Shown one piece after another: positions 40,636 through 49,105 of a DNA stretch of 64,000 bases. Within the stretch, counting starts at the first letter, position 1; every line of letters begins with the position of its first letter. The stretch covers positions 1 to 64,000 of the forward strand of contig JAMOPO010000015.1 in the NCBI GenBank assembly GCA_027064425.1, in the 5' to 3' direction. Made by a program: the position numbers and the translations under genes. The DNA comes from Methanobacteriota archaeon (GTDB lineage: Archaea > JAADCQ01 > Methanopyri > Methanopyrales > Methanopyraceae). The notes below the pieces were generated by a model. The model was not told the DNA's origin and made no database searches. It saw only the letters and a list, made by a program, of their open reading frames with translations.

Positions 40636-41039
40636 TGGCCCGGATCGTCCAGACCACCGGCAAGAGAAAGACCGCGATCGCCCGGGCGGTGATCCGGGAG
40701 GGTAAGGGCCGGGTCCGCGTCAACAAGCGCCCGGTTAACATCATCGAGCCCGAGATGGCCCGGATGAAGATCATGGAGCCCCTGATGATCGCCGGCGAGG
40801 ACGTCGTCAGCCAGGTGGACATTGACGTCAAGGTTCAGGGAGGCGGGTGGATGAGCCAGGCCGAGGCGGCCCGGATCGCGATCGCCCGCGGGCTCGTGGA
40901 GTGGACCGGTGACCCGGACCTTCGGGACGCCTACCTGGCCTACGACCGGCACATGCTGAAGGGAGACCCGCGACGCAAGGAGCCCAAGAAGTTCGGAGGT
41001 CGCGGCGCCCGAGCCAGGAGGCAGAAGAGCTACCGCTAA
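40635..41039 (+). CDS. rps9: 30S ribosomal protein S9
   Basis: [27 protein letters not shown]. Confidence 0.96.
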   Translation: MARIVQTTGKRKTAIARAVIREGKGRVRVNKRPVNIIEPEMARMKIMEPLMIAGEDVVSQVDIDVKVQGGGWMSQAEAARIAIARGLVEWTGDPDLRDAYLAYDRHMLKGDPRRKEPKKFGGRGARARRQKSYR

Positions 41040-41051
41040 GGGGCCCGGCCC

Positions 41052-41270
41052 ATGATCATCCCGATCCGGTGCTTCACCTGCGGGCGGCCGATCGCGCACC
41101 TGTGGGAGAAGTACGTCGAGATGGTCGAGGAGGAGGGCAAGAGTCCCAAGGAGGCCCTGGACGAGCTGGGGATCCACCGGTACTGCTGCCGACGGATGTT
41201 CCTGTCGCACGTGGACCTGCTGAAGGAATCCCTGCCGTACACGCCCCCACGCCTCGGCTCGCCCCGTTAA
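41052..41270 (+). CDS. rpoN: RNA polymerase subunit N (Rpo10)
   Basis: MIIPIRCFTCG..RYCCRRM. Confidence 0.96.
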   Translation: MIIPIRCFTCGRPIAHLWEKYVEMVEEEGKSPKEALDELGIHRYCCRRMFLSHVDLLKESLPYTPPRLGSPR

Positions 41271-41272
41271 GG

Positions 41273-41280
41273 TTATTAAT
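41273..41280 (+). promoter_or_regulatory. TATA box of tRNA-Pro
   Basis: TTATTAAT about 30 bp upstream of the tRNA 5' end. Confidence 0.65.
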
Positions 41281-41308
41281 CCCGGCCCCCGGGCCCGCCT
41301 CGGAGCCC

Positions 41309-41409
41309 GGGGCCGTGGGGTAGCCTGGTCTATCCTCCGCGGCTGGGGAGCGGCCGAGCGGCCGCCCGGAGGCCGCGGGACCCCGGTTCAAATCCGGGCG
41401 GCCCCACCA
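41309..41409 (+). tRNA. tRNA-Pro(GGG) with 23-nt canonical 37/38 intron (41349-41371) and encoded CCA
   Basis: Acceptor GGGGCCG/CGGCCCC-A-CCA; anticodon stem CGCGG/CCGCG, anticodon 41345-47; T arm CCCGG-TTCAAAT-CCGGG; bulge-helix-bulge CUGG/CCGG with GGA and AGG bulges. Confidence 0.95.
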
Positions 41410-41410
41410 A

Positions 41411-41445
41411 CCCCGGAATTGTTACGAACCTCGTAACGTTCCGGG
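41411..41445. repeat. Palindrome copy 1: GTTACGA-ACC-TCGTAAC inside a longer inverted repeat
   Basis: Core 41421-41437, outer arms CCCGGAA/TTCCGGG; 24/30 identical to 42910-42939. Confidence 0.85.
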
Positions 41446-41535
41446 TGCCCTTGCACCACCCCCGTGCACACCTGTCGCGAAGAGGGGTAGTACTTTAACC
41501 GGGATTGCGCCCGACGCAGGGGGAGACGGTCGACC

Positions 41536-42882
41536 ATGCGAGCCCTCGTCCCCGCCCTGCTGGGACTCCTCCTGGCGATCTCAGGGGCGGCGTCGGCGGG
41601 CCAGTACTTCCAGGTGCCGGAGACGGTCGTCGTTAACCTGTCCGGTCAGCCGTATCAGCCGACCTACGTCAAGTTCACCGACAAAGGCAAGCAGGCGGTC
41701 CAGGACATCCTGAAGACGCTCAAGATCACCGTTGACGGTCGCGAGGTGGCGCTGAGCGTGCAGGCGCGGAAGGTGAAGGAGGTCCAGGTGGACAACATCA
41801 GGAACGAGGAGTACGTGGCCGCGGCCCTGGGCTACGAGGTGCCTGGGAAGTACTTCGTCGGCTACCTGGAGTTCAAGAAGACCAAGTACGTGGTGAAGTA
41901 CGAGGAGGGCCAGAAGCCGGTGCAGAAGACGGCCCCGGGCTTCGGCGCGTTCCAGGCGACCGTGGCGGAGATCCTGGGCCAGTACGACGAGAGCAAGGGA
42001 CTGCCGTTCGTCGCCCCGGCGGTGAAGCCGGAAGAGCACGAGGAGGAGGTCATGCTGTGCCTGCCGATCGAGTCAGAGATCACGCTGAAGCCCGCCGTCC
42101 TGCAGATGGACTGGTACCGGGTGCTGAACGTCGCCGAGGCGAACAAGGTGTTCCTGAAGTCGGCCACGGTGCACGCGCACAAGGACGGTGACAAGGTCAA
42201 GGTCGTGTACGCGCCCACGAAGCTGGACGCCGCGACCATGCTGGCGACCAAGGTGCTGCCGAGCGCCGACGACATCGTCAACGCGATCGTCAACCCGTAC
42301 CTGGAGGAGGTGAGGGCCGTAGAGGACGCCAAGATCCGCGAGCTGCTGGAGCCGCTGAAGGAGCAGCTGCCGGACAAGCTGGCCGACATCGTGGTCGACA
42401 AGATCCTGGTGCCGGTGATCAAGGGCCTCATCGAGCGGTGCGTCCTGAGCAGGGTGGAGAGCGAGGTCAAGAGCGCGCTCAAGCAGCCGGTCGAGCAGGC
42501 TCTGACGGCCCTGGTGGGAGCGTACCTGTCGCAGTACCCGGCCACGACGGACGTGAAGGTGCTGGAGGAGCGGAAGGCGGCGCGGCAGTCGATCCTGTTC
42601 GACCCGATGGTGGAGGCTGAGCTGGCGGTGATCGAAAGCGCCGCCAACGCGGTGCGCGACCAGGTCGAGAGCGTCGTCGAGGACGTGACCGAGGACTACG
42701 CCGAGGACATCGCCGACATGCTCGGCGTGTCGGTGGACACGGTGAAGGAGACGATCGAGAAGCTCACCGTGGGCGTGCTGGAGAACGTCATGAACGCCTT
42801 CCGCGGCTTCGCCGAGTGGCTGGCGAAGCTGCTGGCGCTGAACACGCTGACGTCGATGGCGGCCGCCGGCCTGCTGATCTAA
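41536..42882 (+). CDS. Orphan secreted/cell-surface protein
   Basis: N-terminal signal peptide MRALVPALLGLLLAISGAASA, helical C-half, hydrophobic C-terminal tail; TTTAAC and GGGGAG upstream. Confidence 0.75.
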   Translation: MRALVPALLGLLLAISGAASAGQYFQVPETVVVNLSGQPYQPTYVKFTDKGKQAVQDILKTLKITVDGREVALSVQARKVKEVQVDNIRNEEYVAAALGYEVPGKYFVGYLEFKKTKYVVKYEEGQKPVQKTAPGFGAFQATVAEILGQYDESKGLPFVAPAVKPEEHEEEVMLCLPIESEITLKPAVLQMDWYRVLNVAEANKVFLKSATVHAHKDGDKVKVVYAPTKLDAATMLATKVLPSADDIVNAIVNPYLEEVRAVEDAKIRELLEPLKEQLPDKLADIVVDKILVPVIKGLIERCVLSRVESEVKSALKQPVEQALTALVGAYLSQYPATTDVKVLEERKAARQSILFDPMVEAELAVIESAANAVRDQVESVVEDVTEDYAEDIADMLGVSVDTVKETIEKLTVGVLENVMNAFRGFAEWLAKLLALNTLTSMAAAGLLI

Positions 42883-42909
42883 GCCCCCTCACGCCCCGTC
42901 CACTTCTTC

Positions 42910-42940
42910 CCCTGGAATCGTTACGAGATTCGTAACGATT
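42910..42940. repeat. Palindrome copy 2: AATCGTTACGA-GAT-TCGTAACGATT
   Basis: Perfect 11-3-11 inverted repeat 42916-42940, about 10 bp upstream of ATTTAATAA (42951-59). Confidence 0.85.
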
Positions 42941-42976
42941 GGTCGGCAGGATTTAATAACCTCCTCCGCAGCGTTT

Positions 42977-43125
42977 GGCCGGGCACCTCGGCCTGTGACC
43001 GGTGAGGGCCGGGTTCCGATGATCCGGGGCTCCGGGCCCCCGGCACAGGCCCGACGGCGGCGTCGGGAGGTAGGAGGTGACGATCACCACCGATGACCTC
43101 CCGCCCTCCTGCCGGGGGTACACCC
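42977..43125 (+). ncRNA. Candidate k-turn / H/ACA-like RNA
   Basis: Own TATA; stem GCCCCCGGCA/TGCCGGGGGT (43036-45/43110-19) followed by ACA; upper stem GGGAGGT/ACCTCCC with canonical k-turn; no convincing ORF. Confidence 0.6.
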
Positions 43126-43141
43126 CCGCGCACGTTTTTAA

Positions 43142-44098
<957 letters not shown>

Positions 44099-44111
44099 GG
44101 GGGTCCGGCGG

Positions 44112-44573
44112 TTGGCCCTGAAGGTGAGGAGGATCGAGAACGGGACGGTGCTGGACCACCTGCCCCCGGGCACGGCCCCGCTGATTTTGGACATCCTGGA
44201 CGTGGACCTGGAGGAGACGACGGTGCTCATGGCCATCAACGTCGAGAGTTCCAAGATGGGGCGCAAGGACATCCTCAAGATCGAGGGCAAGTTCCTCGAG
44301 GAGGAAGAGGCGAACCGGGTGGCGCTGATCGCGCCCAACGCGACGGTGAACATCATCCGGGACTACTCCGTCGCGGAGAAGTTCAAGGTCAAGCCGCCGG
44401 AGCGTGTCGAGGGCGTCGTCAAGTGCCCGAACCCGAACTGCATCACCAACGACGAGCGGGAGCCGGTGGAGCCGGTCTTCATCCGGGAGTCCGAGGACCC
44501 GCTGGAGTACCGCTGCAAGTACTGCGAGCGGGTGATCCGGGCGGAGCAGCTCCGCGAGATCCTTCGGGGCTAG
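44112..44573 (+). CDS. pyrI: Aspartate carbamoyltransferase regulatory subunit
   Basis: IENGTVLDH, KDILKIE, CPNPNCIT, CKYCE; start TTG 44112. Confidence 0.95.
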   Translation: MALKVRRIENGTVLDHLPPGTAPLILDILDVDLEETTVLMAINVESSKMGRKDILKIEGKFLEEEEANRVALIAPNATVNIIRDYSVAEKFKVKPPERVEGVVKCPNPNCITNDEREPVEPVFIRESEDPLEYRCKYCERVIRAEQLREILRG

Positions 44574-44644
44574 CCGCCGCCACCTCCCGCCAACCTTTTA
44601 ATCGGCGATAAAGGGGGTGCCGATACCCGGTATGGAGGAGACTG

Positions 44645-45574
44645 GTGGGTGATTGGATGTCCGATCCCCGGTTCAGCTACTTCAAGACCTTCCTGGAGGT
44701 CGTGAAGCGCAAGAGCTTCTCCAAGGCCGCCGAAGCGCTCGGTATCACTCAGGGCACGGTCAGCAACCAGATCGAGACCCTTGAGCGGTTCTTCAACGCG
44801 AGGCTGTTCACCCGGACCCCCGAGGGCGTGGAGCTCACCGAGGAGGGTGAGGTGGCGCTCGAGGCGATCGAGAGTGCCGTCGAGGCGATCGAGCGGGCCC
44901 GGGACGAGATCTCCGCCATGTCCCGGGAGCCCTCCGGCAAGGTTCGGGTCTCCACGAGCACCGTCCCGGGCGGGTACCTGATTCCCGGCAACATCCGGGA
45001 GTTCCGGTCCAAGTACCCGAAGGTCGACGTCGTCATCCGGGTGTGCGACTCGCGCGAGGCCACGGAGCACGTGATGGAGGGTAAAGCCGACGTCGCGATC
45101 GTGGGAACGGACGCCTTCGTCCGCAAGAAGAGCCTCGAGGTCGTGCCCATCGCCTCCGAGGAGCTAGTTCTCATCGTACCGCCCGACCACAAGTTAGCGG
45201 ACAGGAACGTGGTGGAGATCGAGGAGGTCGTCGGAGAGGACTACGTGAACCGCGAGAAGGGCTCCGGCACGCGCGAGGAGGTGCTGAAGTACCTGCGCAA
45301 GCACGACCTGTCCTTCGACGACTTCAACGTGGTAGAGGAGATGGGGAGCACCGAGGCCGTGGTGACGGCGGTCGGGCAGGGGACGGGGATCAGCATCGTC
45401 TCGGAGCACGCGGCCAAGCGCGCCGAGTCCTCGGGGTTGGTGAAGGTGGTCCGCCTGGCCGACCGGCCCCGCCGGCTGTTCTACGCCATCAAGGCCGAGA
45501 ACCCGCTTCACCCCACGGCCACCGAGGTGTTCTGGGAGTTCCTGCTAGAGGAGGCCGAGCTCGAGTCACCGTGA
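44645..45574 (+). CDS. LysR-family transcriptional regulator (CysL / selenium-associated type)
   Basis: SFSKAAEALGITQGTVSNQI..LE, LFTR, STVPGGY, REKGSGTR. Confidence 0.9.
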   Translation: MGDWMSDPRFSYFKTFLEVVKRKSFSKAAEALGITQGTVSNQIETLERFFNARLFTRTPEGVELTEEGEVALEAIESAVEAIERARDEISAMSREPSGKVRVSTSTVPGGYLIPGNIREFRSKYPKVDVVIRVCDSREATEHVMEGKADVAIVGTDAFVRKKSLEVVPIASEELVLIVPPDHKLADRNVVEIEEVVGEDYVNREKGSGTREEVLKYLRKHDLSFDDFNVVEEMGSTEAVVTAVGQGTGISIVSEHAAKRAESSGLVKVVRLADRPRRLFYAIKAENPLHPTATEVFWEFLLEEAELESP

Positions 45575-46063
45575 CGCCAGCGCGTCCCGCAGCGCCCTCG
45601 CCCTAGCGGTTACCGCCTCCAGCGGGTCACTGAACCCGTGGGTGGGCAGCTTCCCACCCCTATAGTCGGGTCTCAGGACCCTTCCTTCCCCGACCCGCAC
45701 TCCGAGGTCCCAGCACAGCTCGCGCACCAGTCGATCCTCGGCGCGCACCGAGCCCCGGAGCGGCGCCACCTCCCTCCACGCGTCGAGCACCTCACGAAGG
45801 AACCTCTGGAGGTGACGCTCGTCGCCGCCGACCAGCACCCAGGCGCGCAGGCCCGTCTTGATGACCTCCGAGAAGGAGGCCGCCGAGGCGGGGATCACGT
45901 GCCGAGCCTCGCGGGGCGAGACGCGGTCGATCATCTCCCACGGAACCACGACCAGGTCCGCCTCGACGCTGTTCAGGGCCTCGGGTCTCGGCTCCACCCG
46001 CTCCGCCTCGATGCCGATCCGCTCCAGGATCCGGGCGTAGTAGGGCGTCGACGCTACTCGCAA
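45566..46063 (-). CDS. Hypothetical protein
   Basis: Fills the gap, coupled to the upstream DHPS-like gene, typical composition. Confidence 0.55.
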   Translation of the reverse strand: MRVASTPYYARILERIGIEAERVEPRPEALNSVEADLVVVPWEMIDRVSPREARHVIPASAASFSEVIKTGLRAWVLVGGDERHLQRFLREVLDAWREVAPLRGSVRAEDRLVRELCWDLGVRVGEGRVLRPDYRGGKLPTHGFSDPLEAVTARARALRDALASR

Positions 46064-47607
46064 CGCTCGGCCTCCCTGAGCCTGTTCAGGTCCTCGATCA
46101 GGGCGTCGTACCGCTCGGGGCTCTCGTCCTGCACGTACCGGCCACCGGACTTCAACCGCTCCTCCGCCTTCGCCAGCTCGTACCCCAGGTACACGGCGTG
46201 CTCGAGCCGCGAGACGAGCCCCAGCGAGACCATCGCCAGCCCGAGCTCCAGCCCGTCCTCGGACTCGAGCCTGAGGCCTTCCCGCTTCCCGCCCTGGACG
46301 TGCTCCGCGACGATCACCCCGCGCTCGTGGTCAACCTCGATGACCACGTTGCCCCGCGGGTCCCGATCGGGCGTCTTCGCGAACCTACTCGCCGACACCC
46401 CCGGCCGGGGCCGGGTGGCGTCGGTGCGCTTGTCCTTGAACACGAGGAGGTCGACGCCGAGGTCCTTCGGGTACCCGCCCGCCCGGTGCGCGTAGTAACA
46501 CATGCGGCTCGCCACGGCCAGCTCCAGCGTGCTCATGGCCGTTTTCCCGCTGGCCTCGGGCGTGAAAATGATCGAAGCTTCCAGCTCCACGGCCAGCTGC
46601 GCGCACAGGGCGGACGCCCCGACCGAGTCCGCATCGATCAGCTCGATCACGTTCCCCGCCCCGAAGAAGAGCGGGGCGTCCGGGAACCTCCGCGCGACCT
46701 TCCACGCCCGCCGGATGGAGTCGATCACGCCGCCGGGAGGGTCGAGCAGCGGGTCCAGGATGTAGTCCACATCCAGCCGCTCGCACTCCTCCACCAACTC
46801 CCCCAGCTCTCGTACCGCGGCCCCGATCCGGCGCGACTCGGGGACTAGGACGACCGGAACCTCGTAGTCTGCGGCCAGGCTGATCGGTTCCCTCAGGTTG
46901 GGACTCGCGCTGAGCACCAGCTGAGCACCGGCCTCCAACCCGGCCTCGATCAGGCGCGCGTCACCGGTGTCCACGCTGACGGCCGCCTCGCTCCCAACCC
47001 GGTCCAGCGTCTCCCTCACGACCTCTTCCACGTGGCTCGGGGAGGACTCATGAAAGCCCAGGTCCACGATCTCCGCCCCGTGCCGGACCCGCCTCTCCGC
47101 CTCCCGGGCCGCCTCGGACGGGCCCAAGTTATCGGCGAAGATCTCGGAGAGCACCCGGGGCCGGCACCCGCGGGCGACGCCGATCGGCCCAACCTCAATC
47201 CACCTCTCCTCCGGGATCTCTCGCTCCAGTTCCCGCAGCTTCTTACCCAGCTCCTCCACCAGCTCCTCCTTGAGCAGCTCGCACGCGGGCGTGTCCTTGG
47301 AGGGCTCGAACCCCTCCTCCATCTTCCTCAGAACCAGCGGTAGGTCTCGCGCGTCCCTGGAGCTCAGTCGGAAGTCCGCGCCGAGCTCTTCGTCGAGCCG
47401 TCGGACGTCTCCTCGGAACAGCCCGGGCAGGAGGACGTAGTCGTACTCGGAGAGGTCCTCACCCCGGAGATGCCGAATCACGAAGCTGGTAGTCATGAGG
47501 GCGGCCACGTCGATGGGGAGGACCTTTACCTCGGCCCAGTCAAACTCGGACGCGGCCTCCCGGACCAGCCTCGCCGCCCTTCTGCCCGTCAGGAGGAGGA
47601 CCCTCAT
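46054..47607 (-). CDS. Dihydropteroate synthase-like protein with C-terminal DUF4346-like domain
   Basis: VLLLTGRRA, DVAALMT, ILDPLL, GAGNVIELIDADSVG, PKDLGVDLL, DPRG..HAVYLGYELAKAE; start ATG 47607. Confidence 0.85.
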   Translation of the reverse strand: MRVLLLTGRRAARLVREAASEFDWAEVKVLPIDVAALMTTSFVIRHLRGEDLSEYDYVLLPGLFRGDVRRLDEELGADFRLSSRDARDLPLVLRKMEEGFEPSKDTPACELLKEELVEELGKKLRELEREIPEERWIEVGPIGVARGCRPRVLSEIFADNLGPSEAAREAERRVRHGAEIVDLGFHESSPSHVEEVVRETLDRVGSEAAVSVDTGDARLIEAGLEAGAQLVLSASPNLREPISLAADYEVPVVLVPESRRIGAAVRELGELVEECERLDVDYILDPLLDPPGGVIDSIRRAWKVARRFPDAPLFFGAGNVIELIDADSVGASALCAQLAVELEASIIFTPEASGKTAMSTLELAVASRMCYYAHRAGGYPKDLGVDLLVFKDKRTDATRPRPGVSASRFAKTPDRDPRGNVVIEVDHERGVIVAEHVQGGKREGLRLESEDGLELGLAMVSLGLVSRLEHAVYLGYELAKAEERLKSGGRYVQDESPERYDALIEDLNRLREAERCE

Positions 47608-48326
47608 CGGAGGTCCCCGAGGGCCCTCGGGATCTCGTTGGGGTGGCGCAGGACGCGGACGCCCTCCATCCGCTTGAGCCGGTCGAGGTTCCGCGCGTCC
47701 ACCTCCCGGATCCTCATCTCGTAGGTCGTTCCTCCCTTGATGGCGTCCTCCGGGCAGGTCTCCTCGCACGTACCGCAGCCTTCGCACTTAATCAGCCGGA
47801 TGAAGGCGCGCCCGTCCACGAGCTCGATCGCGTCGTTGGGGCACGCGTCGACGCACCGGCCGCACCCGGTGCACCGGCCCCGGTCGACCATGTACGGGGT
47901 GACGGTCTCGATCGTCTCCCCGGGCTCGCCGTAGTCGCAGGGGACGATCAGGACCGGCACCCCACCCTTGCCGGCCTGGGCGACGGCGTTCGTGACCAGG
48001 GTGTCCGCGATCCCGTGGACGATCTTGGCCACGGTGTTCGAGGTCGTGGGCGACACGATCAGGGCGTCGTACTTGCCCATCGCGAACCGGCCGACGATCG
48101 GGCAGCTGGCTCCCTCCTCCCGCTGAGTGAAGACCTCCCGGTAGTGCCCGCCCGGGCAGATCTCCTTGAGGTCGCGCCAGAGTCCGAACATTCGGACGAC
48201 TTCCTCGCCGGCCTCGCTGAGGAACGCGCTGACGCGGTGCTCCTCGGAGAGCTCACGCATGACCTTGAACGTCTCAACCAGGAGGTGAGCCGCCCCGGTA
48301 ATGGCCCAGCCGAGGCGGAGGCCCAA
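47604..48326 (-). CDS. dmrX: Dihydromethanopterin reductase DmrX (AfpA-family flavoprotein with two [4Fe-4S])
   Basis: WAITGAAHLL, PTTSNTVAKIVHGIADTLVTNAVAQA, two CxxCxxCxxxCP motifs; start TTG 48326. Confidence 0.85.
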   Translation of the reverse strand: MGLRLGWAITGAAHLLVETFKVMRELSEEHRVSAFLSEAGEEVVRMFGLWRDLKEICPGGHYREVFTQREEGASCPIVGRFAMGKYDALIVSPTTSNTVAKIVHGIADTLVTNAVAQAGKGGVPVLIVPCDYGEPGETIETVTPYMVDRGRCTGCGRCVDACPNDAIELVDGRAFIRLIKCEGCGTCEETCPEDAIKGGTTYEMRIREVDARNLDRLKRMEGVRVLRHPNEIPRALGDLR

Positions 48327-48352
48327 CCCCGCCCACCCGGACAAAAAACGGG

Positions 48353-48583
48353 TTAGAAGGCCAGGAGGAGCAGCGGAATCAGCAGCACGCAGGCGAAGAT
48401 CGCGCCGCACACCATCCCCCAGAACCTGTTCACGTTGAGCCCGAAGAACAGCCGGGCGTCTCGGCCGAAGAACTGGGACGCGTCGCGAACCTCGTTCACG
48501 AAGTGCTCGACGCGGTCGGTGTCCGCCATCGCGGGCGCTCCGATCACGACCTCCTTCAGCTCAGACTCGCCCTCCTCGGCCAA
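48353..48583 (-). CDS. mtrF: H4MPT S-methyltransferase subunit F, stand-alone
   Basis: VNEVRDASQFFGRDARL plus a single C-terminal TM helix; T6 tract (48343-48) downstream on the minus strand. Confidence 0.8.
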   Translation of the reverse strand: MAEEGESELKEVVIGAPAMADTDRVEHFVNEVRDASQFFGRDARLFFGLNVNRFWGMVCGAIFACVLLIPLLLLAF

Positions 48584-48633
48584 GGGCTTCACCCCCGCAA
48601 GCTAAATCCGGGGACGCTTTTCAACGTTGCGAC

Positions 48634-48696
48634 CGCGGGCGATGAGGAGGTGGGCCCGACGTGAGCTGATGACGATGGCTGGCGTTCCCCGAGCCC
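48634..48696 (+). ncRNA. Probable box C/D sRNA
   Basis: C GCGATGA 48639-45, D' CCGA 48656-59 or GTGA 48661-64, C' CTGATGA 48666-72, D CCGA 48689-92. Confidence 0.6.
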
Positions 48697-48697
48697 T

Positions 48698-49105
48698 CTA
48701 CACCTCCAGCACGCCGCCGGGAAGCACTCGCACGGTGTCCCCGGTGCTCAGCTCCTCGATCGGGTTCCGGTCGGGCCGGTGCAGCAGGGGCACCCGTCCC
48801 AGCACGCACCCCACTATGAGTATCGGCTCGGCCTCCAGGACGACGATCGCCGCCGGCGCCTTACCGCGCTCCGCCAGCTCCATGATCACGTACGACCCCA
48901 CCGTCGACCCGCGGCCCCCGGGCAGCACGAGAACTCTCCCGGTCACCCGCTCCCCGTGCAGCTCGTGCGTCGGGTCCACCACCCGGCCCGTCTCCGGGTC
49001 AACCCCGCCCAGGAACGACAGGCGCTGGTTTGAGACCAGGGCCTCCGCCTCAACCTCTTCCTCGACGTCTACCACCGGCTCGCACTCGATGCGCAAGGCC
49101 TTCAC
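48698..49105 (-). CDS. Aconitase X swivel subunit (DUF126; phosphomevalonate dehydratase small subunit)
   Basis: LSFLGGVDPETG, GRGSTVGSYV, GKAPAAI. Confidence 0.88.
   Translation of the reverse strand: MKALRIECEPVVDVEEEVEAEALVSNQRLSFLGGVDPETGRVVDPTHELHGERVTGRVLVLPGGRGSTVGSYVIMELAERGKAPAAIVVLEAEPILIVGCVLGRVPLLHRPDRNPIEELSTGDTVRVLPGGVLEV

Noticed and set aside
43113-43128. Palindrome CGGGGGT-AC-ACCCCCG before the pyrB TATA
   Set aside because: Low-complexity G/C dyad whose left arm is already explained by the candidate H/ACA stem; not supported as a separate operator.
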